Positions 36,977 to 46,203 of a DNA stretch of 64,000 nucleotides are shown here, one piece after another (position 1 is the first letter of the stretch; each line of letters opens with the position of its first letter). This DNA is from Pseudomonadota bacterium (GTDB lineage: Bacteria; Pseudomonadota; Gammaproteobacteria; Burkholderiales; Gallionellaceae): assembly GCA_021782995.1 (NCBI GenBank), contig JAJXUI010000006.1, positions 16,395-80,394 of the forward strand, in the 5' to 3' direction. Below the pieces are notes generated by a model. That model saw only the letters and a list, made by a program, of their open reading frames with translations. It was not told where the DNA came from and did no database searches. The position numbers and the translations under genes are program-made.

Positions 36977-38824
36977 TTATCGTGCGTCATCCCCGATCTG
37001 GAACAGCTGGTTGATTGCTGTAATTTGAGTGGCATTCCAGAACACGTCGTGATTGTTCGGGGGGGCACTCAACGCCAGTGCGGCACGTGCATGTTTCAGC
37101 AGCGTCCTGTCACCGGAGGCGATGCTGGATTGAATCAGGAGTGCAGAGGGGGAAGGGAGCGGGCTGTCGCTGATGAAGGGCTGGTAATATTTTCTGCCCC
37201 ATTCATCCTGCTGTTCAAGCGTGAAGCCATGCTTCTCATTGAAAAACAGTTGCCATGCTGTTCCGGCAAGTTTTACGGCAAGCGTTGCATCCGATTGCTT
37301 TCCAGGCTGCAGTGCATATTGTTGCAGGCCGTAAATCACATAAGCATAAGCATCAAGGTCGGCAGGCCCGAGGTCGCGCTGGTTGCTGTTGCCTTTTGAC
37401 AGCTTGCCATCCTGATGCAAATTGCTGACGACGAAATTTCTTAATTTTTCTGCCGTCTGCTGAAAGCGCGGTGCCAGTGGTGCTGCCTGGCTGAATGCTG
37501 CCAGCGCGAGGCCATTCAGGCTGGCAAGCAGTTTGGTGTCGCGTGGAATGACACGCGTCTGACGCGCCTGCAAAAGCGTTTCATGGATGGCCTGCAGTTC
37601 GGCGGTTTCATCTGCATCAGGTAGCGCGTGGAAAAGCGGCAGGTAGCCTGCATCATATTCCGGGGGCAGTGACAGGCCCCAGATTTTTTTTACAAGTGCG
37701 AGCTGCTTGCTGCTTAATTGCGTCTTCAGCTGGGATTCGTTCCACAGATAGGCTTCTCCTTCAATGCCGCTGCTGCTGACCGCTGAAAGGCTGGTGATCA
37801 TGCCATTTTCCTGCAGCATTTCGCGCATCATGAAATCCAGCGTCTGTATGGCGACTTGGCGATAGGGGGGATGTTTCAATATGTCTGCTGCTTGCAAGTA
37901 GAGGCTGGCCAGTTGTGCATTGTCATACAGCATTTTTTCAAAATGCGGGCGCTGCCATGCGGGATCGGTGGTATAGCGGAAGAAACCACCGCCAATATGG
38001 TCACGCAGCCCGCCTTGTATCATCCGGTCCAGTGTGAGACTGAGCCATTCGGCAAGTTTGGTGTCATGTTGTTGCTTTTCCATCTGTAACAATACGGCCA
38101 ATTGCGGCGCGAGGGGGAATTTACGCGGAACATTGAGTCCGCCAGCCAGCATGTCTGCTTGGGCCAGCGTTTCCTGAATCAAGGTAGTGTGCAGTGTGAC
38201 TGACAATTTCCTCTCCAGCCTGATGCGTGACGGTGGAGCTTGCGGGTGATCGCCATTGTGTGCGATGGCTTTCAGGCCGGCGCTATCCTTCTGCCATTCT
38301 TTGGCAAGTATTGCCAGCATTTGAATGAAGGTTTCCGGTGGCTGGTAGAGCAAGGCATAAAGTGGATGGCCTTCCGGAGTGACAAATACATTCAGCGGCC
38401 AGCCTGAAACCTTGAGCCGGGATTCGGCAAATTCGATCATCTGCGCATCGAGGGCCATATTGAGCTCGCGATCAATTTTCACCGGGATGAAATTCTGGTT
38501 GATGATTGCTGCGATTTCCGGGTTGCGGTAACTCTCGGCCTGCATCACATGGCACCAGTGGCATGAAAAATAGCCGATGGAGAGGTATAGCAATTTGTTT
38601 TCTGCTCGAGCACGTTCGATGGTGGTGTGATTCCATTCCTGCCATGCGACCGGGTCATTTGCGTGTGCTGCAAGGTAGGGTGAGGGGCTCAACCGCAGCT
38701 GGTTGGTCAGGGGGGAGGGTATATCTGTGGCGTGGGCCAGCATGGCTAGCAGGATCATGCTGGTGCCAAGCATGATCCGCGTTAGCGGGCTATGCATTGC
38801 GGAAAGCGTGTTGAAGCAAGGCAT
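36977..38824 (-). CDS. DUF255/YyaL-type thioredoxin-domain protein with (alpha/alpha)6-like C-terminal domain, secreted
   Basis: LLYLSIGYFSCHWCHVMQAESYRNPEIAAIINQNFIPVKIDRE. Signal-peptide-like MHSPLTRIMLGTSMILLAMLAHA. Start at 38824 or 38797, so the ORF-track start 39061 is over-extended. Confidence 0.8.
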   Translation of the reverse strand: MPCFNTLSAMHSPLTRIMLGTSMILLAMLAHATDIPSPLTNQLRLSPSPYLAAHANDPVAWQEWNHTTIERARAENKLLYLSIGYFSCHWCHVMQAESYRNPEIAAIINQNFIPVKIDRELNMALDAQMIEFAESRLKVSGWPLNVFVTPEGHPLYALLYQPPETFIQMLAILAKEWQKDSAGLKAIAHNGDHPQAPPSRIRLERKLSVTLHTTLIQETLAQADMLAGGLNVPRKFPLAPQLAVLLQMEKQQHDTKLAEWLSLTLDRMIQGGLRDHIGGGFFRYTTDPAWQRPHFEKMLYDNAQLASLYLQAADILKHPPYRQVAIQTLDFMMREMLQENGMITSLSAVSSSGIEGEAYLWNESQLKTQLSSKQLALVKKIWGLSLPPEYDAGYLPLFHALPDADETAELQAIHETLLQARQTRVIPRDTKLLASLNGLALAAFSQAAPLAPRFQQTAEKLRNFVVSNLHQDGKLSKGNSNQRDLGPADLDAYAYVIYGLQQYALQPGKQSDATLAVKLAGTAWQLFFNEKHGFTLEQQDEWGRKYYQPFISDSPLPSPSALLIQSSIASGDRTLLKHARAALALSAPPNNHDVFWNATQITAINQLFQIGDDAR

Positions 38825-39100
38825 GATGATGTGCTTTCTGGGTAATGGGTTGCTGCTGGCGTTTTTGGTTATTGCATTGTATACACCTGGCACGGGATAA
38901 ATTACGTCAGCTGGATAACTTTGGATTTTGCTGATGCGGGTTGCACTTATGGGGGGATTGGCGAACTGCTGCTGATTTGTCATCATGCCGGTGAAATTGC
39001 TGTAGTTTTGCAGGAGGGCTGTGCTGAGTGTTGAGTCTGTGTGACCGACGCAAGCTTGCACTCAGTACTGGATGCTTCTGATATCAATTGTGCCAGGAAG

Positions 39101-39643
39101 ATGAACATGCTTAAGCTGTTAGACGCAATGAAGAGTGGACCGGCCTGGCTTTCGGACAGGCTGCCTAAGATGAGCGAGAGCGGGGCCGAGAAACGGGAGC
39201 TGCTGGGATTGCTGGATGAATCTGTGCTGTTCCATGGCGTGCCTCAGGCTACGTTGCTGAACCTGGTTCAGCAGTCCATGCGGATCAGCCTGAAGCAGGG
39301 TGAACAGTTGCTGGCGCCGGGCATGCAAAACGAATATGTTTATGTGATTCTTGCTGGTCAGTTGAGTGTTCATCTTGTTCCGGAAAATGCTGACCAGCCG
39401 ATTGCTTTGCTGAATGCGGGTGATTGCGTAGGGGAGATGTCCGTGTTGATGAACAGTGATGTGTCAGCCTGGGTGGCGGCCGAATCGGACTGTCAGTTGC
39501 TGGCTATCGGTTATTCCACATTCTGGCAGCTGCTCAAAGGCTCAAATGAAGCGGCGCTGAATATGGTGAATATTCTGGTGAAGCGGATACGTGCGGGCAA
39601 TGAAGCCATTACCCAGTCGCGGTCAGCTGGTTCAGCACGCTGA
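39101..39643 (+). CDS. Stand-alone cyclic-nucleotide-binding domain protein, no HTH
   Basis: LKQGEQLLAPGMQNEYVYVILAGQLSV ... AGDCVGEMSVLMNSDVSAWVAAESDCQLLAI. Start 39101 or 39107. Confidence 0.75.
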   Translation: MNMLKLLDAMKSGPAWLSDRLPKMSESGAEKRELLGLLDESVLFHGVPQATLLNLVQQSMRISLKQGEQLLAPGMQNEYVYVILAGQLSVHLVPENADQPIALLNAGDCVGEMSVLMNSDVSAWVAAESDCQLLAIGYSTFWQLLKGSNEAALNMVNILVKRIRAGNEAITQSRSAGSAR

Positions 39644-39661
39644 GCGTCCCCTGGCGGGAAT

Positions 39662-39946
39662 TCAGATGATTGCATCCAGGTTGGCGACAAACATTTCTTC
39701 TGTTTTTTCTGGTAACTGGTATGTCCTGAATGCCCGGTGTATGCCGGCCTGATCAACCTGGCCATTGCGGCTCTTGAATGCGATGCCGATACGAATTCCC
39801 GCCCTTGCGATGGTCTTGAAAGCTTCGCGCCACTGGCGCACCTCGCCAAGACGTTCCCGCATATCGCGTTCATTGATGATTTCTACACCAGCCTGTTTGA
39901 GTGATTCCAGGAATATTTCGTAAGATTGATCTTTCTTGCTGCTCAT
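39662..39946 (-). CDS. Hypothetical small protein
   Basis: 94 aa from an ATG preceded by GGAGAG. No recognisable motif. Confidence 0.45.
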   Translation of the reverse strand: MSSKKDQSYEIFLESLKQAGVEIINERDMRERLGEVRQWREAFKTIARAGIRIGIAFKSRNGQVDQAGIHRAFRTYQLPEKTEEMFVANLDAII

Positions 39947-40071
39947 TTGCCTCTCCATTGCCTGTGCGTTTGTTCCCGCGTTACAGTCATTAACGCAAAA
40001 CTTGCTTGTGTGTTGACTCTGTTACATGAAAAATTTGTGACAGGTCGTGGATTCTCATCTGATAATTACAT

Positions 40072-41082
40072 ATGTATATGAAATTAATAACAAAAATATT
40101 CAACCTCGGGGTGGGCGGTGTCAGCAAGGGAAATCGCTGCATACCCCGGTACCCGGTTGCCGTTTTGCTGAGTTTGCTGGCCAGTTCGGGAATGGCACAG
40201 CAGGCTTGCCCGCCGCAGATCAAGCCAACAGCGCAAAAGTTCGAAGCGGCACAGAAAAATGCACATGATCATGGTTTTCTTTGGCGCATCAGCAAGGATG
40301 GCCACGATTCCTGGCTTTACGGCACGATACATATCGCAAAATTTGAATGGATGTTCCCAGGGCCGCAGGTGACGCAGGCGCTACAAGAAACGGATACGAT
40401 GGCACTGGAGCTGGATGTGCTGGATCCGTCTTTGCAGGGCAATACTGCGCTGGGTGTACAAAAAATGCGCAGGACCCGATTGCCGCATGCGACAGTCAAG
40501 CGTATCCGGCGTCTGGCGGAGGCACTATGCGTGCCTTATGAACGTATTGCCGACATGCCGCCCGAGTTGCAGGTCGGCATGCTGGAAACCTATATGGGGC
40601 GTGCGGATGGGCTGGAGCCGGAATATGCCATTGATGCTTTCCTCGCCATGCTTGGGCACCGTGAGCATAAAGCGGTGATATCCCTGGAAACACCGGAATT
40701 CCAGCTGTCCCAGCTGCAGATGGCAACTTCGGAAGAAACCGTGAAAATGGTGCAGGAAGATCTGGATCAGCTGGGAAAGGATAATGGACATGGCTATGTT
40801 GAGAAACTGGCAAGGCTCTGGGGAGATTCGGATTATGACGCCATGGCGAATTTTGAAAGCTGGTGCAATTGCATGGATACGGATATTGCGCGCATGACAA
40901 TGAAGCGCATGCTGGATGACCGAAATCCGGCAATGGCAGATCGCATAGACAAACTGCATGTCAGCGGCAAGCGGGTATTTGCTGCGGTGGGCAGCCTGCA
41001 TATGTTTGGTGCTTACGGACTGCCGCTTTTGATGGAAAGGCGGGGATATCGCGTGGCGCGTATCGCACTGCCAGTGCGATGA
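40072..41082 (+). CDS. TraB/GumN family protein
   Basis: GFLWRISKDGHDSWLYGTIHIAKFEW ... VFAAVGSLHMFGAYGLPLLMERRGYRV. Signal-like N-terminus. Confidence 0.8.
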   Translation: MYMKLITKIFNLGVGGVSKGNRCIPRYPVAVLLSLLASSGMAQQACPPQIKPTAQKFEAAQKNAHDHGFLWRISKDGHDSWLYGTIHIAKFEWMFPGPQVTQALQETDTMALELDVLDPSLQGNTALGVQKMRRTRLPHATVKRIRRLAEALCVPYERIADMPPELQVGMLETYMGRADGLEPEYAIDAFLAMLGHREHKAVISLETPEFQLSQLQMATSEETVKMVQEDLDQLGKDNGHGYVEKLARLWGDSDYDAMANFESWCNCMDTDIARMTMKRMLDDRNPAMADRIDKLHVSGKRVFAAVGSLHMFGAYGLPLLMERRGYRVARIALPVR

Positions 41083-41096
41083 TGTTGTATAATATA

Positions 41097-41109
41097 TTGA
41101 ATATATTAT
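41097..41109 (+). repeat. TGAAT-core AT-rich intergenic motif
   Basis: TTGAATATATTAT. The context TATAATATATTGAATATATTATATATTTTG closely matches 24999-25028. Confidence 0.5.
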
Positions 41110-41155
41110 ATATTTTGCTAATTTTTAAATTTATTGATTTTGCCCTAAATAAATT

Positions 41156-41182
41156 CGCAAAGTTGCCGATAACCAACTCAGT
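41156..41182 (+). promoter_or_regulatory. Sigma-28 (FliA) type promoter
   Basis: TAAA 41156-41159, 15-nt spacer, GCCGATAA 41175-41182. Exact fit to TAAA-N15-GCCGATAA. Confidence 0.7.
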
Positions 41183-41208
41183 TTCACTCAAATGCAAAGG
41201 AGATGGTT

Positions 41209-41451
41209 ATGAATATCAACATGAATACGTATCTGAATCACACCAGGGAGGCTTATCCTGGCCTGAGCCAGGCTAGCAGCAAGAATGATGTGGCTATGTC
41301 GGTGATGAAGAGGGCCATCAACATTGAGGCAGAAGGCGCCAAATCGCTGATTGCCTCCGTGCCACAAGCTGCTTCATACAATGCCTATCCGCTGACCAGT
41401 GCTGAAAACCTGCCTGCACACCTGGGCAAGCATATCAACGTGGCTGCCTGA
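41209..41451 (+). CDS. YjfB-like putative motility protein
   Basis: 80 aa. DVAMSVMKRAINIEAEGAKSLI resembles the YjfB family core. AAGGAG RBS. Downstream of the sigma-28 promoter. Confidence 0.55.
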   Translation: MNINMNTYLNHTREAYPGLSQASSKNDVAMSVMKRAINIEAEGAKSLIASVPQAASYNAYPLTSAENLPAHLGKHINVAA

Positions 41452-41695
41452 TCTTTCCGAAAGCATTGTTGCTGTCAGGCTGCAATGCACTTCGGACGCA
41501 TCCCGCAGCAGGCCTTTGCATCATGAGTCCTGCCTGCATTTTAATTTCCGGAATGGCGACTGCGCGAATACGCGGTTGCTGCTTGCGCAAGTTTTGGCAA
41601 TCCGCATGCCTGTCGTTCCGTCAGGATGCCCCTCCTTGTATTAAAGTTTAAAATCATCATGGACGTATTGTTCATCAACTGAAAAGGGAGGAATC

Positions 41696-42073
41696 ATGCA
41701 GGGAAATATCGGCATTATCTGGATCAAGATCGCAGCGGTATACATTGTGCTCGGTATCGGGCTCGGCATATACATGGGGGTGAATGAGAATTTTGCGCTG
41801 CATCCGGTTCATGCCCATGTCAATCTGCTGGGATGGGTTTCCATGGCACTGATAGGCCTCATCTACCAGCAGTTTCCGCTGATCGCTCAGAGCGGCCTGT
41901 CCCGCGCGCAGTTCTGGCTGCATCAACTCGGCTTGCCTGTGCAGATGCTGATGCTGACCTTGCTGATCCAGGGCAATACCGCAGTCGGGCCGGTGCTGGG
42001 CATTGCGGATATCGTGGTGGGTGCTGCATTCCTGCTGTTCCTGGTGAACGTGTTCAGGAACCTGAAGGCCTGA
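41696..42073 (+). CDS. Small 4-TM membrane protein with conserved-looking His pair
   Basis: RBS GGGAGGAA. HPVHAHVNLLGWVSMALIG. Confidence 0.5.
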   Translation: MQGNIGIIWIKIAAVYIVLGIGLGIYMGVNENFALHPVHAHVNLLGWVSMALIGLIYQQFPLIAQSGLSRAQFWLHQLGLPVQMLMLTLLIQGNTAVGPVLGIADIVVGAAFLLFLVNVFRNLKA

Positions 42074-42093
42074 ATTTTTTGCTGTTTTGAAAT

Positions 42094-42122
42094 TGGCGCT
42101 GCCATTGCAGCGCCATTTTTTT
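42094..42122 (+). terminator. Rho-independent terminator
   Basis: TGGCGCTGC-catt-GCAGCGCCA followed by TTTTTTT. Confidence 0.8.
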
Positions 42123-42127
42123 GGGGG

Positions 42128-42820
42128 TCAGGAATTCTGGGCAGTTGCCATGTCTGGCGTGACGTGAGCGGCCAGGCGCAGAAAATGCAGAAGGTAGAGC
42201 GAAATGATGGCGGCAAAAAAACACCATACTGAAACGAAGGCGGCATTGTGTATCCAGGAAGCCAGGGCCATCGACAGCAGGACCAGTACGCCAAAGATGC
42301 GGATGCTCCCCATGCTGGACAGCAGCAATGGGATCAGGATGATCAGGCCATATAGCATCAGCGGAGTGATGGGCAGGTGAATGTCACTGCGATAGGGAGC
42401 GATATAGTCATAGACGATAGAGTGGCCTTGCACGTGGACATGCATCCACTCCGGGTGTAGCAGCATCATGCCATAGACAGCACCGCTGGTGAGGAATCCA
42501 AACAGGCCTATGCCGAAGAAAAGCATTTTTCGGGTTTTGTGTGGTTCAAGCAACCCGCTTGCCAGTGGAATCCACCATAGCCACAGGAAGTGCGAAAAAA
42601 AATGAAAACCAAGTGCAAAATCCAGCGTTGCCGCTGAGTTGCCGGCATGCAGTGCCAGCCATACCAGGCCTTCGAATCCCTGCTGCACACCAAAAAGAAG
42701 GGGAATCATGGCCCACATCCGGTAAGCAAATGGCGCTTTCCTGCTGTAGTGCAGGGTGAGGCTGCCTGTACCGAGCAGGATGGCGGCGGCACTGAAACTG
42801 ACGGTGGCTGAGAAGCACAT
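42128..42820 (-). CDS. Polytopic membrane protein (possibly DUF6629-like)
   Basis: Likely start MCFSATVSFSAAAILLG (ATG 42820). About 7 TM helices. The ORF-track start 42982 is probably over-extended. Confidence 0.5.
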   Translation of the reverse strand: MCFSATVSFSAAAILLGTGSLTLHYSRKAPFAYRMWAMIPLLFGVQQGFEGLVWLALHAGNSAATLDFALGFHFFSHFLWLWWIPLASGLLEPHKTRKMLFFGIGLFGFLTSGAVYGMMLLHPEWMHVHVQGHSIVYDYIAPYRSDIHLPITPLMLYGLIILIPLLLSSMGSIRIFGVLVLLSMALASWIHNAAFVSVWCFFAAIISLYLLHFLRLAAHVTPDMATAQNS

Positions 42821-43066
42821 TTCCCTATCGAATGACGGACTCCATTTTTCAACTCTAACACTGGATTCCAGTCTGTGCGCAATATTGCTGGTTGTCTTTA
42901 GGATGATCGGTGTGCTTGCCATTGAATGGCAAGCGAGAGTTGCAGAAGCAGGCGACAGGTATTCGAATGCTTGTATAATCAATCAGTTTACTGTGCAGTA
43001 TTTCATGAAAATATTTTCAAGATACTGATTTTATTATTAATACTAATTCCCTGACTAGCCCTGCCG

Positions 43067-45493
43067 ATGAAGCTGCCTTCACTTCAAGTTCCAGAATTTA
43101 TCCGCAAAATCAAATTCAGGATGCCAGGGCGCACGGTGCGCCTGATTGCACTCTTGCTTTTGCTGGCGCTGTCCGGATACACCTATTACCTGGATACCAC
43201 GATACGAGAGGCGTTTGAAGGTCGGAAATTTGCATTGCCGGCGCGTGTATTTGGTCGGGCGCTGGAGCTGTATCCCGGCTTGAAACTGACACGCGAACGT
43301 TTTGTCGATGAGCTGAAGTTGCTCGGATATCACGAAAAGCCGGACCCCAAAGAGCCGGCCACCTTTACATTTACCTTGAGTGGCGTGGAGTTCACGACGC
43401 GCCAATTCAAGTTTGGAGATGGCACGACGCCATCGCAGCACCTGCATATCGAGTTTGAAGAGGGGGCGGTGTCTCTCTTGCAGGAGCATCAGGCATCGGA
43501 TGTGGACGTGCCCCTGGTACGCCTGGAGCCGCCTCTGATAGGCGGCATCTATCCCGGGCACAATGAAGACCGTGACCTGGTGCAGCTGAAGGATGTGCCG
43601 AAGCAACTGATTGATGCACTGGTCGCGGTGGAGGACCGCAAATTCTTTACACACTGGGGCATTGATCCGCGAGGTATTGCCCGTGCCCTGTTCAAGACGG
43701 TTACCGGGCAGCGTATCGAGGGTGGCAGCACGTTGACTCAGCAGCTGGTCAAGAATTTCTTCCTGACTTCAGAGCGCACGCTGACGCGCAAGGCCAATGA
43801 AGTGCTGATGTCGCTGTTGCTGGAGCTGCATTACAGCAAGGATGAAATCCTGGAAACCTACCTGAATGAAATTTTCCTGGGCCAGGACGCAACGCGGGCA
43901 ATTCACGGCTTTGGCCTTGCCAGTCATTACTATTTCGACAAGCCGCTGGACAGGCTGGACCTTCAGGAAATTGCCATGCTGGTCGGCATGGTGAAAGGCC
44001 CGACTGTGTATGATCCGCGCAAGAAGCCGGATGCTGCACGGGAACGCCGCAACGTCGTGCTGAAGGAAATGGTGGCACAGAACGTGATCAGCCAGCAGCA
44101 ATTTGTCGCAACGCGTGACAAGCCGCTGGGCGTGATGGCCCGTGCGCCTTCCGGCACTTCTCCATATCCGGCATTCATGCAATATGTGCATCGCCAGCTG
44201 CAGCGCGATTATCGCGACGAGGACCTGCGCAGTGAGGGTCTGCGCATCTTCACCACGCTGGATCCGTTCGTACAGCAGCAAGCGGAGGAAGCAGTGCAGA
44301 AGCGCCTGGCTGCACTGGAAAAAGCCCGCAGGCTGCCGGCAGATACGCTGGAAGGTGCAGTCGTGGTCAGCAGTACGCAGACAGGGGAAATCCAGGCGAT
44401 GGTCGGTGGCAGGCAGGCACGCTATGCCGGCTATAACCGTGCGATCGATACGCAGCGCCCGATCGGATCTCTGGCCAAACCGATTGTCTACCTGACTGCA
44501 CTGGAAGATCCCGCGCATTACACGCTGATCACACCGCTGGATGACAGCAAGCTGGTGTGGAAGCAACGCGGCGCGCCGGACTGGAAACCACAGAATTATG
44601 AAAAGACATTCCATGACAAGGTGCAGCTGAGGGTGGCCCTGGCGCATTCCTATAACGTTGCAACGGCGCGGTTGGGCATCGATCTGGGGGTGGAGCGCAT
44701 CCTGGACAAATTGCCGCTGTATGGCATCGAGCGCAAGCCGCCGCCGTTTGCTTCCTCATTGCTGGGTGCCTATGGCCTGGCACCGGTCGAAGTGGCGCAG
44801 ATGTTCCAGACCTTTGCTGATGGCGGCTTCCGCACACCGCTGCGGGCAATCCGCGCCATCGTGACTGCTGATGGCACGCCGCTGCAACGCTATCCGCTGA
44901 ATGTGGAGCCGGTATCCGCTGCCGGACCGGTTTATTTGCTGACTGCAGCCTTGCAGGGGGTCATCCGCGAAGGTACCGCAGTGGCCATGAAAAACTGGCT
45001 GCCGCCGGAAATGAATGTGGCCGGCAAGACCGGCACCACGGATGACCTGCGTGACAGCTGGTTTGCAGGTTACACAGGGGATCGCGTGGCTGTCGTGTGG
45101 GTAGGCCGGGATGACAACAAGCCTACTGGATTGACCGGTGCTTCCGGGGCCATGACGGTTTGGGGCGAGATGATGAAGGCGGTGCAGCCTGAGCCACTTG
45201 ATCCTGTGATGCCGGATGAAGTGGAAATGGCGAACATCGATCCGGCGAGTGGCGTGCGTTATGATGATGGCTGTGCTGCGGGGATGCAGTTGCCCTTCAT
45301 CAAGGGTTCTGCGCCTGCAGAAATGGCTGCTTGTCCCGTGGTATCGGGCGGCGAGGGTGCAAGCGTGACGGATGGCAGCGGAAAAGCGTTGCAGGTGCAA
45401 CCGGACGGGAAATCCGTGGTCAAACCGGCTGCTGCAAGTGAAGGTGGTCCGGAAGCAAACAAGAAAAGCTGGTTACAGAGGTTACTGAATTGA
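43067..45493 (+). CDS. mrcB: Penicillin-binding protein 1B (bifunctional glycosyltransferase/transpeptidase)
   Basis: N-terminal TM, UB2H-like insert. GT51 motifs EDRKFFTHWGID and GGSTLTQQLVKN. Transpeptidase SLAKP, and KTGTT. Confidence 0.9.
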   Translation: MKLPSLQVPEFIRKIKFRMPGRTVRLIALLLLLALSGYTYYLDTTIREAFEGRKFALPARVFGRALELYPGLKLTRERFVDELKLLGYHEKPDPKEPATFTFTLSGVEFTTRQFKFGDGTTPSQHLHIEFEEGAVSLLQEHQASDVDVPLVRLEPPLIGGIYPGHNEDRDLVQLKDVPKQLIDALVAVEDRKFFTHWGIDPRGIARALFKTVTGQRIEGGSTLTQQLVKNFFLTSERTLTRKANEVLMSLLLELHYSKDEILETYLNEIFLGQDATRAIHGFGLASHYYFDKPLDRLDLQEIAMLVGMVKGPTVYDPRKKPDAARERRNVVLKEMVAQNVISQQQFVATRDKPLGVMARAPSGTSPYPAFMQYVHRQLQRDYRDEDLRSEGLRIFTTLDPFVQQQAEEAVQKRLAALEKARRLPADTLEGAVVVSSTQTGEIQAMVGGRQARYAGYNRAIDTQRPIGSLAKPIVYLTALEDPAHYTLITPLDDSKLVWKQRGAPDWKPQNYEKTFHDKVQLRVALAHSYNVATARLGIDLGVERILDKLPLYGIERKPPPFASSLLGAYGLAPVEVAQMFQTFADGGFRTPLRAIRAIVTADGTPLQRYPLNVEPVSAAGPVYLLTAALQGVIREGTAVAMKNWLPPEMNVAGKTGTTDDLRDSWFAGYTGDRVAVVWVGRDDNKPTGLTGASGAMTVWGEMMKAVQPEPLDPVMPDEVEMANIDPASGVRYDDGCAAGMQLPFIKGSAPAEMAACPVVSGGEGASVTDGSGKALQVQPDGKSVVKPAAASEGGPEANKKSWLQRLLN

Positions 45494-46176
45494 TTAATAA
45501 ATATGGTTTTTTCGTCGTTGCTGCCTGGAGTTTGCTGGTGGCAGGATGTTCAAGTGTCAGCCTGCCTGACAAGGGTATCGTTGCCCCGCCTGTGATTGCA
45601 GGCGACGGTTCAGCAACCCAGGCTTCTGTTCCAGGACAGGCTGTCCCGCCTGCTGCAGGGACAACTGCTCCTCCTGCAGCGGTTGAAGCGGTACCTCAGC
45701 CTTCCGCACCTGACATGCCAGCGGCGGAGGGCCTGCCGGTTTCGCCCGCTGCAGATGCTGTCGTACCTCCACCTTTGCCGAAGCCGGTGATGTCGAACAA
45801 CCGCGCGGTGATGGCCTTGCTGGATCGGGCTGAAGTCGATTTCACCGGCGGCAAGCGGGATGCTGCTGGAGCCGCGCTGGAGCGGGCGCTGCGCATCGAG
45901 CCGCGCAATCCATGGCTATGGCATCAGCTTGCACAGGTGAGGTTGTCGCAAGGGCAATATGCCCAGGCGATCACGCTGGCGAAAAAGTCCAACAGTTTTT
46001 CCGGCAAGCAACATCGACTGCAGGCGGATAACTGGCAACTGATCGGTCAATCTCGCATCGGGCAAGGCAATACTGCGGGTGCGGAGGATGCATTCAGGCG
46101 TTCAAGCGATCTGGCGCAGCAGTCACAGGCAGAAAATGGTGCGGCAGCTACCAGTGTGACGGGCAACCTGAACTGA
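45490..46176 (+). CDS. Lipoprotein with Pro/Ala-rich linker and C-terminal TPR domain (LpoP-like candidate PBP1b partner)
   Basis: TTG start overlaps the mrcB stop (TTGA). Lipobox LLVAGC. Low-complexity P/A-rich segment, then TPR-like ALERALRIEPRNPWLWHQLAQVRLSQGQYAQAI. Confidence 0.65.
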   Translation: MINKYGFFVVAAWSLLVAGCSSVSLPDKGIVAPPVIAGDGSATQASVPGQAVPPAAGTTAPPAAVEAVPQPSAPDMPAAEGLPVSPAADAVVPPPLPKPVMSNNRAVMALLDRAEVDFTGGKRDAAGAALERALRIEPRNPWLWHQLAQVRLSQGQYAQAITLAKKSNSFSGKQHRLQADNWQLIGQSRIGQGNTAGAEDAFRRSSDLAQQSQAENGAAATSVTGNLN

Positions 46177-46203
46177 CAGGCAAGCTGAACTGAGTGGTCG
46201 AGC

